This document shows positions 19,400 through 29,392 of a stretch of DNA of 64,000 nucleotides, one piece after another. Under the pieces are notes generated by a model. It was not told where the DNA came from, made no database searches, and saw nothing but the letters and a program-made list of their open reading frames with translations. This DNA is from Rickettsiales bacterium. GTDB lineage: Bacteria; Pseudomonadota; Alphaproteobacteria; Rickettsiales; CANDYO01. Each line of letters opens with the position of its first letter. Position 1 is the first letter of the stretch. The stretch lies in contig OZ245841.1 of NCBI GenBank assembly GCA_965228885.1, positions 21,168 to 85,167 of the forward strand. Reading direction: 5' to 3'. Both the position numbers and the translations under genes were made by a program.

Positions 19400-21454
19400 A
19401 TGAAAGAAAACAATAAACACACTTACTCTCTTCTAGGTAGATTTATTAGTTTAATATTTCTTATATTAATTAGCATATCAGCATATATCACTTGGAAGAT
19501 TGAAAACAAGTATAAGAAAGAAGTAGAGAATAATTTAGCTAACATTGCATATAACATAAAACAAAATATTATTACTAATTCTCCAGATAAATTACCTTCA
19601 AGAATTTTAGCAAATGAACTTGATCAAATAATTCACACTAACCAATATAATCAGGAAATTATTACATATTATGCAGTGTTCGACAAGCGTAACAATTTAG
19701 TTATCACACATTCTCCTCAACTTGACATTAACAATCAAGAAAAAGTAACTAAAAACCTCTCTCAACTTATCTCAAATAAAAAAGAACAAATATTACATGT
19801 AACAAAGAGCGCAAGTTATGTACTCTTTAAATTGGAAAACTCACCTTTTATTCTTCTTCTTGGAACCAATCCTATAACAATAAATTATAAAGATTATTTT
19901 TATAACCTCTTAGATTATAAGCTTGAATTATTATTCTTATTAACAACCATTTTAAGTTTAATTTATTTCTTTTATAAATCTATTTTAGAACCATTTCTAG
20001 CTTTATCTCAAGCAGCACTAGATATTTCAAATGGCAACATAGATAGCGCAATTCCTAAGACTAACAGCAAAGAAGGTACTATGGTTGGTAACGCTCTTGA
20101 AAAGATAAAAAACTCCCTAAAAACTGAGAAGGAACTTGTTCAAGAAATTAGTAAGACAAGAAACTCTCTGTCTCTAGTAAATTTAAAACTTGAAAATAAT
20201 GTTGCCAATAAAACAACAGAGTTGAAAAAAGCTTTAGAAGAGAAAACTTTATTCATTAATAACTTAAGTCATGAAGTTAAAACACCTTTACAGAGCATTT
20301 CACATATCTTAGAGAACTTAGTATCTAACTGGCCTGAATTAAATGAAGAAGAAAAGTTTAACTTCTCTACTCAAGCCGCACATAGCTCGCAGCATTTATT
20401 ATCTTTAGTAGGAAACTTATTAGAAATAGCAAAATTTTCTGATGGAAAAATAATCCTAGATCTAAAAAACACTAATTTAATTGAAGCAATTAAAGAAGTG
20501 GTAGAAGAATGTAAAATGCTATATATGAATAACAAAAAGATTAAAATTATTGTTTCTAATAAAGACCCTGTCTATACAAATATAGATAGAAATCGTATCA
20601 AACAAGTCATACGTAATTTATTACTCAATGCAATTAAATTCAGTGGAAATGACGCCTATATCTCAATTGCTGTGTCTCCAACAAAAATATTAGGTCAAAA
20701 TAGTTTTATGTCAGACGCTTTACAAATCTCTATTCATGACCAAGGAATCGGTATTCCAGAAGATGAATTATCTAATATTTTTTCTCCTTTTATCCAAGGA
20801 GCTAATACCAAAAACAAATCAATAGGAACTGGATTAGGACTAACAATTTGTCACGAAATAATCTCCGCTCATTATGGAAAAATATGGGCTGAAAACAACA
20901 AAGATGGAGGAGCAACTTTTAATATTAGCATTCCAGTAACACAACCTATTGAATTAACAAACTCTATCTCAGATTCAATAACGCTTCATAATAACGGCTA
21001 TAATATATTAATGATTGATGATGAAGAAATTTGTTTAAATAGTATGGAAATGATCTTATATGGCACTCAATATAACTTAGTTAAAGTGAAATCAGCTCAA
21101 TTTGCTTTAGAATATTTAAAAGAAAATTATAAGTCTATATCCGTAATCTTTATTGATTTAATGATGCCTGATATTTATGGTCTTAATCTACTCTCTTTAA
21201 TTAAAGAAGACCCCCATTTATCTTTAATTCCCATAATTCTTCAAACAAGCAGTAGTGATGAAAATGAAATACTAAAAGCTTTTGAAAAAGGCGTTTTTAG
21301 CTTTATAACAAAACCATACAAAAAAAATAAACTACTGGAAGAAATAAAAAGAGCTATTCAATTTAAAGAATTGGGAACAGGTGAACAGCCCCCCTCGCCT
21401 TTATTACCATCGATGAACAATCAAAATAAAACCTTTACTTCTACTAATTTATAA
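19400..21454 (+). CDS. Hybrid sensor histidine kinase (two TM, periplasmic domain, HAMP, HisKA, HATPase, REC)
   Basis: Two TM segments; HAMP-like ILEPFLALSQAALDISNGN...KEG; H-box NNLSHEVKTP; NAIKFS, DQGIGI, GTGLGLTI; REC MIDDEE..DLMMP..KPY. Confidence 0.92.
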   Translation: MKENNKHTYSLLGRFISLIFLILISISAYITWKIENKYKKEVENNLANIAYNIKQNIITNSPDKLPSRILANELDQIIHTNQYNQEIITYYAVFDKRNNLVITHSPQLDINNQEKVTKNLSQLISNKKEQILHVTKSASYVLFKLENSPFILLLGTNPITINYKDYFYNLLDYKLELLFLLTTILSLIYFFYKSILEPFLALSQAALDISNGNIDSAIPKTNSKEGTMVGNALEKIKNSLKTEKELVQEISKTRNSLSLVNLKLENNVANKTTELKKALEEKTLFINNLSHEVKTPLQSISHILENLVSNWPELNEEEKFNFSTQAAHSSQHLLSLVGNLLEIAKFSDGKIILDLKNTNLIEAIKEVVEECKMLYMNNKKIKIIVSNKDPVYTNIDRNRIKQVIRNLLLNAIKFSGNDAYISIAVSPTKILGQNSFMSDALQISIHDQGIGIPEDELSNIFSPFIQGANTKNKSIGTGLGLTICHEIISAHYGKIWAENNKDGGATFNISIPVTQPIELTNSISDSITLHNNGYNILMIDDEEICLNSMEMILYGTQYNLVKVKSAQFALEYLKENYKSISVIFIDLMMPDIYGLNLLSLIKEDPHLSLIPIILQTSSSDENEILKAFEKGVFSFITKPYKKNKLLEEIKRAIQFKELGTGEQPPSPLLPSMNNQNKTFTSTNL

Positions 21455-21587
21455 CTAAAGTTTTCTTATAATACTGAGCTTATTATATTTTTATATAAGA
21501 TTTACCTTCAATTATGTATTTTTTTGATAAAAACTATTGCTTTATATGATAAACTGTATATAAATAAACTCTTTAAAGTTTCTTTGT

Positions 21588-21664
21588 CGGGGCATAGCGC
21601 AGTCCGGTAGCGCACCTGGTTTGGGACCAGGGGGTCGGGAGTTCGAATCTCTCTGCCCCGACCA
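21588..21664 (+). tRNA. tRNA-Pro (TGG)
   Basis: cggggcatagcgcagtccggtagcgca-cctgg-ttTGGga-ccagg...gttcgaatc...ccccgacca. Confidence 0.97.
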
Positions 21665-21852
21665 CTTCAATTAATATAACCAACCTTAAACAACTCTTCC
21701 TGTAAATTCAACTATCTTTAATTAACATCGTATGTCTCTTATAGCAACACTGTTTTACTATTTATAATAGTCACCTGGAGATACAAAGAAAAATCTGCAT
21801 AAGAAAAAGACAATTTAACAACCTCTCTTCCTGACAAAAGTCTTCCCAATAA

Positions 21853-22416
21853 TTAATCCTTAACCCAACGCTCATTTAAAATAATATCTTCAGGCTTAAG
21901 ATTAATATTACCTAAAAGAGCAATTCCTGTGTCGGTATGTTTACCTTTAATTGCCACATAAGTCATTGGCATATTATTAAATTTCTTATGAACCACACGA
22001 ATTGCTTCAGGAGATATATCTCTCATACAAAAAATTTTTAATTTATCTTGGGCAGGATTAAAACCTTCAATCACATTCACCTTCCCATCAATAATCTTAG
22101 TACTACAAAGGCTATAGTAAAGCTCGTCCGGTCCTGTATTAGCAACAACATAGTTTAAACCACCTTTAGCAAATATCTTAGACCCTTCGGGTGAAGCAAT
22201 TATTAAATCATCCTCTGGAGTTCCCTCTATCACTTTAGCATTTATAAGACTATTAATACTCAAACCATTAGCGGTTATCGCAAAAGGCTCAAAATCTATT
22301 CTATTTTTTCTTTGATAATCCTGATAGTAAAGATATGCCGCAATAGCTATAAGAGCTATAATCACCTCCACTATACAAACTTTCACCATTCTAGATTTAA
22401 AAATATCTTTTATCAT
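21853..22416 (-). CDS. Membrane-anchored protein with a degenerate RTX/serralysin-like beta-roll C-terminal domain (paralog 2)
   Basis: N-terminal signal anchor; GTPEDDLII-ASPEGSKIF-AKGGLNYVV-ANTGPDELY nonapeptide period followed by VIEGFNPAQDKL. Confidence 0.75.
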   Translation of the reverse strand: MIKDIFKSRMVKVCIVEVIIALIAIAAYLYYQDYQRKNRIDFEPFAITANGLSINSLINAKVIEGTPEDDLIIASPEGSKIFAKGGLNYVVANTGPDELYYSLCSTKIIDGKVNVIEGFNPAQDKLKIFCMRDISPEAIRVVHKKFNNMPMTYVAIKGKHTDTGIALLGNINLKPEDIILNERWVKD

Positions 22417-22422
22417 ATTATT

Positions 22423-23082
22423 TTAACTCCAAACTTCGTTTAAAATGATATCACTCACCTCAATTGATATATCTCCAATTAAGGCAATTGCAGATATTTT
22501 ATTTTCTCCAGCAACCTCAATATAAGTTACATCTGTATTATCCACCTTATCATGAATTATTTTTATATCCTCTGGATAAACTGTTTTTTTAGTACAGAAA
22601 AATTTTATTTTATCTTGGGCAGGGTTAAATCCTTCAATTACTCCAACTTTACTATTTATAACATCGGTGCTGCAAAGACTATAATATAACTCATCTTCTC
22701 CGCTACCAGCCACAACGTAGTTCAAACCACCTTTAGCAAAAATCTTAGCCCCTTGGGGACATGCCACCATCAAATCATCCTCCGAAGTGCCCAGCATTTT
22801 AACTGAGGTTCTAACCACATTCATCTCATAACCTGGAGTATCTGAAGATAAGGCAAAAGGTTCGTAGTTAATTACTTTAGATTGATAATTAAAGTACTCG
22901 CCAAATTTTGTAAAATATCCTCCTATAGCCGTGCTCACACCCACTACCGCTGTATACACTATCTTTTGATTAGTTTTACAAGCGAGAGAACCCGCTACTT
23001 GTCCTGCTGCTCCAGAACCAGTTGCTGCGGTTACAGTAGCACCAACAACATTTCCTCTGTCACACCCACAGCCACTCACCAT
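22423..23082 (-). CDS. Protein with a Gly/Ala-rich N-terminus and a degenerate RTX/serralysin-like beta-roll C-terminal domain (paralog 1)
   Basis: GTSEDDLMV-ACPQGAKIF-AKGGLNYVV-AGSGEDELY followed by VIEGFNPAQDKI; visibly paralogous to 21853..22416. Confidence 0.75.
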   Translation of the reverse strand: MVSGCGCDRGNVVGATVTAATGSGAAGQVAGSLACKTNQKIVYTAVVGVSTAIGGYFTKFGEYFNYQSKVINYEPFALSSDTPGYEMNVVRTSVKMLGTSEDDLMVACPQGAKIFAKGGLNYVVAGSGEDELYYSLCSTDVINSKVGVIEGFNPAQDKIKFFCTKKTVYPEDIKIIHDKVDNTDVTYIEVAGENKISAIALIGDISIEVSDIILNEVWS

Positions 23083-23105
23083 ATAAACCTCTTTATTAAT
23101 TAAAA

Positions 23106-24275
23106 TTAAATACCCAGTACTTTATTGTAAGTATTTATAATCTTTTTACCCATAGTTTCAAGGGAAAACTTTTTTTCCACGTTATTTCTTGCGGCTTTAG
23201 CATGAACAAGCCTGGTAGAAAGATCCATTTGAAGAATGTTTTTGATTGTATCAGTAAGTTGTTCAACATTATTTGGCTCTATCAACCAACCCGTCTTCTT
23301 AGAAATGATGGTTTCAACAATACCACCAATATTAGTAGCAATTACCATCCTTCCCATAGCCTGAGCTTCTATAGATACCAACCCAAAAGATTCAGGCTTT
23401 GTTGAAGCGCAAACCACAATATCAGATAATCCATAAATAGCAGGCATATCCGAAACATTACTAGTCATAATAACTGTTTTACTTAAACCATACTCTTTGA
23501 TTTTATCTTGTAATTCTTTCCTATAGTTTGAATATTCCTTTCCACCACCTACAAATAGACAGGTAACTGACTGAGACGGCAATTCCCTTATAGCCTCCAA
23601 TAAAAATAGATGCCCTTTATTGCGAACTAAACGCCCTGGAAGCATGATAATAGGTTTATCCGTTGGAATACGAAGATTCCGTGCTATATCTATAATCCTT
23701 TTATCTCCAACTTCTGAATAGTTAAATTTATCAATATTAGTTCCACAATGAATAACTTCTAATTTTTTATGATCAAATTTATAATTATCCTTGGCGTATT
23801 GAGCTATGAATTTAGATACAGCAATCACTTTTTCACCTTTGGTCATCACTGAATTATAGAGCTTTTTAAATAAACCAGTTGTGCTATGAGCACCATGGAT
23901 AGTGGTTACAAAATGACATTTAGCCAATTTAGCAGCATAATAAGCACTCCATGCAGGAGCACGAGACTGGGCATGAACAATATCTATATTATTTAATTCA
24001 ATTATCTCTCTAAGCCTAAAGATATTTTTTAATATTACAAATGGATTCTTACTATTTAATTCTAAAACAAAATGCCTTGATCCCTGCTGATATAACGAGT
24101 TTACTAAACTCCCACCTGAAGAAGCCAAAAAAGATCTGTAACCTGATTTTACTATAGCTTCAGCAGTATCCATCACTTGTCTTTCAACACCACCAGACAT
24201 TAATGCGGGCAGCACCTGCAAGATACCTGGCTTTCTAACTATATTATGGGAAGTTTTTACTTTTTTCTTAGACAT
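23106..24275 (-). CDS. Glycosyltransferase family 4 (GT-B fold)
   Basis: LPALMSGGVER, VHAQSRAPAW, PGRLVRNKGH, ESFGLVSIEAQAMG. Confidence 0.93.
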   Translation of the reverse strand: MSKKKVKTSHNIVRKPGILQVLPALMSGGVERQVMDTAEAIVKSGYRSFLASSGGSLVNSLYQQGSRHFVLELNSKNPFVILKNIFRLREIIELNNIDIVHAQSRAPAWSAYYAAKLAKCHFVTTIHGAHSTTGLFKKLYNSVMTKGEKVIAVSKFIAQYAKDNYKFDHKKLEVIHCGTNIDKFNYSEVGDKRIIDIARNLRIPTDKPIIMLPGRLVRNKGHLFLLEAIRELPSQSVTCLFVGGGKEYSNYRKELQDKIKEYGLSKTVIMTSNVSDMPAIYGLSDIVVCASTKPESFGLVSIEAQAMGRMVIATNIGGIVETIISKKTGWLIEPNNVEQLTDTIKNILQMDLSTRLVHAKAARNNVEKKFSLETMGKKIINTYNKVLGI

Positions 24276-24590
24276 GTTATAAACTACTTGTATTATTTAT
24301 GAGCAAAAATCGACTACATCATAACATAAAATATCTACAAGAAAAATAACAAAGAAAGTATAATAAAATAAAGGTCTTCTATTCTCTAGTTCAAGATTTC
24401 CCCTGTTTTTGCAAAATTCCTTCCAGAATAAGATAGAGAAATATTAGACTCTATAAATATTTTGTAATTCATACTAACTCAATGTTTAAGTTGCACTTTA
24501 ATTAACAAATTATAAAGCATTGCAAATTCTAAAACAATCAACTAAATTATAGAATAGAATATATCACTATATACTTGAAAAACCGAACTT

Positions 24591-25349
24591 ATGAATAATT
24601 ATAAAAAACTGCATCACAAAGATGGATCATTCACCACATATCAACAAGTTCATGCCAAGCAAAACAACGAACAAGGAATACTCTTCTTAAGTGGATTTAA
24701 GTCTGATATGAATGGTACTAAAGCCCAAGCTCTAAGCAAATATGCTAAAGAAAACAATCTAGATTTAACTCTTTTTGAATATTCAGGACATGGCAATTCA
24801 TCAGGTGAATTTATTGATGGAACTATAGGATTATGGCTAGAAAACACTCTAAATGTTATTGATCTATTAACTGATAAACCGCAAATTCTAGTAGGCTCCA
24901 GTATGGGGGGGTGGATTATGCTTCTTGCTGCTCTTGCAAGACCTGAAAGAGTATCAAGCTTAATAGGCTTAGCTGCAGCTCCAGATTTTACCGAAGAATT
25001 AATTTGGGATTATTTAAACTTAGAACAGAAAGATGATCTTCTTAAGAATAAAAAAATTGATTTTAGCAATGAGTTTTGTGATACACCATATCCTATTAGT
25101 TTTAATCTAATCACAGAAGCTCGCAACCATCTATTGTTAGATAAAGAAATTCCTCTTGATATACCTATTCATCTTATTCATGGAATGAACGATAAAGACG
25201 TTCCTTATCAAACCACAATCAGAATTGCAGAAAAACTTACTAGCAATGATGTTAATGTGCATCTAATTAAAGAAGCTGGACATGGCTTATCAAGACCACA
25301 AGATTTAGAATTTATTTACGAGATAATAAAAAAAGCGCTTAGAAAATAA
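24591..25349 (+). CDS. Alpha/beta hydrolase (ABHD10-like)
   Basis: GFKSDMNGTKA, nucleophile elbow GSSMGG, HGMNDKDVP, AGHGLSR. Confidence 0.92.
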   Translation: MNNYKKLHHKDGSFTTYQQVHAKQNNEQGILFLSGFKSDMNGTKAQALSKYAKENNLDLTLFEYSGHGNSSGEFIDGTIGLWLENTLNVIDLLTDKPQILVGSSMGGWIMLLAALARPERVSSLIGLAAAPDFTEELIWDYLNLEQKDDLLKNKKIDFSNEFCDTPYPISFNLITEARNHLLLDKEIPLDIPIHLIHGMNDKDVPYQTTIRIAEKLTSNDVNVHLIKEAGHGLSRPQDLEFIYEIIKKALRK

Positions 25350-25418
25350 GTTTAACTTTTTCTTTACATATTTTAAATACACTATTAAATACATGTGTTT
25401 TTTTTAATATATAAGTAA

Positions 25419-27551
25419 ATGAATAATCTACCCGTTAGATATAAAGCCTTAGTAACCCCCAAGTGGAAGAACATTCCTGGAAGAGTGTTTGGTTCAGCTC
25501 AACCTGGATATCTAATCAATAGTGAACATGACAATAATATGCTCAAACTTCTACTAAGTGGAAAATCTATATCTGAAGCTAAGATTGACAACAAACTACT
25601 TTTAAACTTAAAAGCAATTTATAAACAAGGCATTAGAACCATTTATAGCTTGGCTAGCTTTCCTAGCGATAGAAAACCAGAATTAATAAAACATCTCTGG
25701 GAAAGCTTATTTGATGATACAAACTATATATTAACGCTTAATGACCTTACTACTGAAATCAAAGATTTTCATGCACCAACTTTAAAACAATTACAAAATT
25801 TAGTGAGTGATGCCTTAAAAAGAATCACTAACGGAGAGAAAATTTTAATTCATTGCGGGGCAGGAGTTGGAAGAACCGGAACTTTTCTGACAGCAATTCA
25901 CATGCAAATACATGGTGAATATAATGTTGAAGAATGTATCCAGCTAATTCGCAAAAACTATAATTCTCAATCTGTTGAAGGAGAATTACAACGCAAAGCA
26001 TTGCAAGAATTTAGTAATCACTTACAGACAATGTATATAAAAGATAATCCACATAGTGATAATTCTTTAAAATTTGCTGTAAATCTGGATCTGAGAAAGG
26101 AAGCATTAATAGCTTTAAAAAATGGTGCTGATATTACCGCAGCCTTTAAAAATGAAATAAATAAAAATAAAGCTCTTATATTCACTATCAACAATAAATT
26201 ATATTCAGAAGCACTAGAGCTTATTAAAATAGGAGCTAACATTAACTCCCAAAATGAATTAGGCGACAGCATTTTAAGTATAGCTATAAAAGAAGGAAAT
26301 ATAGAAATAATAGATCAGCTTCTTACATTTTCTGAAATTGATTTAGAAATAAAAAATGATAAAAACATATCTCCCATTATGCAAGCCTGCATAAATAAAA
26401 ACTACGATATTATCTGGAAATTAATTCAAAAAGGATGTCCATTAAAAGAAGCTAAAACTTTAAATAACGATGAATTATTTCAATATTGGAAAAAATCGTT
26501 AGATGAAGGAAATCTTAGGGCCATCAACAACCTTGCTAAATTCAACGTAGATCTAAATACCTACCCTATAAATGGAATGTCAGCTTTAAAATATGCTCAA
26601 AAAAACAAAGAACTGTATGTGGGAATGGCAAGCTTAAGAATAGGGTCTGATCATAGAAATGAACTTAAACAATCGCTTATTGAAGCTAAATATCTTATAT
26701 CTACCTATCCACAAATGACTAGGAATTTAATTTTAAGCGGAGCTAATTTAAATAATTTAGATATTGTCTTGTCTCAAAAAAAACTAACTGAATTCTTAAA
26801 AGAAGCTATTGATAATGCTAATTTATTCTTTTTAATGAATTTAATTTCTTATGATAAAAATATTAAAAACCTAAAAATAAAGAGAGTATCAGCCCTACAA
26901 TATGCAATTGTGAATAATCATTATGAATTAGCGATAAAAATGTCCGAAATAGGATTTTCTAATGATAATCAATATTCTAATCTTACCAATGCACTAAACT
27001 TAGCAATCACTTACCAAAATAATAAAGAAGTTAAAAGACTAATCACCGCAGGAGCTAATGTTAATGCTAAATTCAATGATATTCCCCTCCTGATAAAGGC
27101 TATTCATACCAAGAATCCAATAATAACAAACCTTCTTATAGAAGGGGGAGCAAACATAAGAGATTCGGATAAGAATGGCAAAACTGTTTTGATGCATGCC
27201 ATCGATGTGGACATTATAGAAATACTTAATCCTATTTTAAAATCATTAAAACCCGCTGACCTTAAAGTGGCTGACAAAAACAATAAAACTGCTATCATGC
27301 ATGCCGTCTCTGCAACCGCTCCCTTTGTTATAAAAGAGCTTATAGACCATGGTGCTGATATTAACCAAGTGGTAAATGATTCAACAGCCTTAATGGAGTC
27401 TGTTATCTTAAAAAAACCATCTATATTAAAAATACTTATAAAAAATTATAATGCAGATGTTAATTTAAGCGATATCTCAGGGATAACTCCACTAAAAAAA
27501 GCAAAAAACTCTAATATTATTAAAATACTTGTAGAAAATGGAGCAATTTAA
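25419..27551 (+). CDS. Protein tyrosine/dual-specificity phosphatase-like domain fused to ankyrin repeats
   Basis: KDFHAP general-acid loop and CX5R signature IHCGAGVGRTG, followed by many ankyrin repeats (GANINSQNELGDSIL, GANIRDSDKNGKTVL, ADVNLSDISGITPL). Confidence 0.9.
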   Translation: MNNLPVRYKALVTPKWKNIPGRVFGSAQPGYLINSEHDNNMLKLLLSGKSISEAKIDNKLLLNLKAIYKQGIRTIYSLASFPSDRKPELIKHLWESLFDDTNYILTLNDLTTEIKDFHAPTLKQLQNLVSDALKRITNGEKILIHCGAGVGRTGTFLTAIHMQIHGEYNVEECIQLIRKNYNSQSVEGELQRKALQEFSNHLQTMYIKDNPHSDNSLKFAVNLDLRKEALIALKNGADITAAFKNEINKNKALIFTINNKLYSEALELIKIGANINSQNELGDSILSIAIKEGNIEIIDQLLTFSEIDLEIKNDKNISPIMQACINKNYDIIWKLIQKGCPLKEAKTLNNDELFQYWKKSLDEGNLRAINNLAKFNVDLNTYPINGMSALKYAQKNKELYVGMASLRIGSDHRNELKQSLIEAKYLISTYPQMTRNLILSGANLNNLDIVLSQKKLTEFLKEAIDNANLFFLMNLISYDKNIKNLKIKRVSALQYAIVNNHYELAIKMSEIGFSNDNQYSNLTNALNLAITYQNNKEVKRLITAGANVNAKFNDIPLLIKAIHTKNPIITNLLIEGGANIRDSDKNGKTVLMHAIDVDIIEILNPILKSLKPADLKVADKNNKTAIMHAVSATAPFVIKELIDHGADINQVVNDSTALMESVILKKPSILKILIKNYNADVNLSDISGITPLKKAKNSNIIKILVENGAI

Positions 27552-27793
27552 ACTCCATCTTCTTCAAAATCACCGCCTAAACCAATAAGAACATTTGCGT
27601 TTTCTTCTGCTGTTAACTGAAAATTATCATCCGCACCTTTAATAAAAAGTTGATCAATTACGTCATTTAGTTCATGTATTACTGCTAAGTACATTGGAGT
27701 GAATCCTTCTTTATTTTTCTCATTAATATTTGCACCGCCATCTATCAACATATTGGCGACAACAGAATTATTATTTTTGGGGATGACACCTAA
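27548..27793 (-). pseudogene. Ankyrin-repeat fragment (5'-truncated), convergent with the PTP-ankyrin gene
   Basis: The frame reads LGVIPKNNNSVVANMLIDGGANINEKNKEGFTPMYLAV...GADDN; an in-frame stop lies just upstream and there is no full gene. Confidence 0.6.
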
Positions 27794-27965
27794 TTATTTA
27801 ATATTATGTCAAATATTCTTTATTTTTTCTACACTTCTAAAGAATGTACTTTACCAGCCAGACTTAATATATACTATATTTTCTAAACTATAAGCTTTAA
27901 AATCCACCTTGTATCTTGCAAGTTATTGGTTTATATTTTTAGTTAAATTATATAAGGAGAGAGTC

Positions 27966-29387
27966 ATGCATCAGAAATATAGTAGCTTAATTAAATTATT
28001 GCTTATCTTCATAGTCGGAACTTTGATGTGGTTCAACCCTATATCCAATGAAATTACCCCGCAAGCCTGGCATTTATTCGTTATATTCTTAGGAACCATG
28101 GTGGGGATTGTTCTAAGCCCATTACCCATTAGTGCAATGGCCATGCTTGGTGCAGGAATGTGTTTACTAATGGGAGTGTTAACAACTCAACAAGTTCTTG
28201 ATGGATTCAGCGAAAAGGTAGTGTGGCTATTAGTTTTTGCTTTCCTAATTGCCAGAGGAATTATAAAAACTGGTCTTGGAAAACGAATGGCATATTATTT
28301 TATATCTAAAATTGGAAAAACTACTCTTGGTCTGTCTTATGGCTTAGTAATTACAGAATTATTCCTTGCTCCATTAATTCCAAGCGTTACTGCACGTGGT
28401 GGTGGTGTGGTTTATCCAATAGCTACGTCATTAGTTGATGCTTTAGCAACTGAACATCATGATGATAATAAAAGCCATATTAAACGAACAATGGGATATC
28501 TCAGCCAAGTATGTTTCCAAACTAATCTTGTTACCAGCGCAATGTTCTTAACTGGGATGGCTGCCAATCCATTAATTCAAAGCTTTGCTAATAAAGCAGG
28601 CGCTGAAGTTTCATGGAGCAGCTGGGCTTTGGGTGGAATAGTTCCTGGTTTAATTAGCTTATTTGCTATGCCACTTATCATATATTTACTTCACCCCCCT
28701 GCTATTAAAACTTCTCCTAAGGCACCTCAGCACGCTCTAGAAGCATTAAAGAAAATGGGAAAAGTTACTATCCATGAACTAGTAATGATTATAACCTTTG
28801 CATCATTAATTGTTGGCTGGATATTGGACAAAAAGATTGGTGTGGACGCAACTTCAGTTGCAATGATAGGAGTTGTAGCATTACTAGTAACTGGGGTTCT
28901 TGATTGGAGTGATGCTCTTAATGAAAAAGGAGCTTGGGACAGCTTCATCTGGTTTGCCATTATGATAATGCTTTCTGGTTACTTAGCTGAATATGGGGTA
29001 ATTAAATGGATAGCCACTCATATTGCTGAAAGTTTAAAACATTATCCTGCAATAATTGCAGTGCCCGCACTTATGTTGCTATATTTCTATTTACATTATT
29101 TCTTTGCAAGTGTGGCTGCACAAGTGACTGTGTTATTCAGTACATTCCTTATCTTAATTATGAGCTTTAATGTGCCTGTGATGATTGCGGCGATGACCTT
29201 GGCTTATTTTTCTTCACTTTCAGGAGGATTAACTCATTACGGAATTGCTACTGCACCAATATATTTTGGTACCAAATCTGTAACCACAAAAGAATGGTGG
29301 AAAATTGGTTTCATAGTCAGCTTAATTAACATTGCCGTTTGGAGCGTTGTTGGTGGAGTATGGTGGAAATATTTAGGATGGTTTTAA
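27966..29387 (+). CDS. DASS family dicarboxylate transporter (2-oxoglutarate/malate translocator- or CitT-like)
   Basis: APLIPSVTARGGGVVYPI, SAMFLTGMAANPL, LTHYGIATAPIYFG; ATG at 27966 preferred over the TTG at 27909. Confidence 0.9.
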   Translation: MHQKYSSLIKLLLIFIVGTLMWFNPISNEITPQAWHLFVIFLGTMVGIVLSPLPISAMAMLGAGMCLLMGVLTTQQVLDGFSEKVVWLLVFAFLIARGIIKTGLGKRMAYYFISKIGKTTLGLSYGLVITELFLAPLIPSVTARGGGVVYPIATSLVDALATEHHDDNKSHIKRTMGYLSQVCFQTNLVTSAMFLTGMAANPLIQSFANKAGAEVSWSSWALGGIVPGLISLFAMPLIIYLLHPPAIKTSPKAPQHALEALKKMGKVTIHELVMIITFASLIVGWILDKKIGVDATSVAMIGVVALLVTGVLDWSDALNEKGAWDSFIWFAIMIMLSGYLAEYGVIKWIATHIAESLKHYPAIIAVPALMLLYFYLHYFFASVAAQVTVLFSTFLILIMSFNVPVMIAAMTLAYFSSLSGGLTHYGIATAPIYFGTKSVTTKEWWKIGFIVSLINIAVWSVVGGVWWKYLGWF

Positions 29388-29392
29388 AAAAG

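Noticed and set aside
23106-25349. GT4 and alpha/beta hydrolase as a novel pair
   Set aside because: As I recall, this adjacency is a conserved alphaproteobacterial arrangement, so it is not novel by itself.
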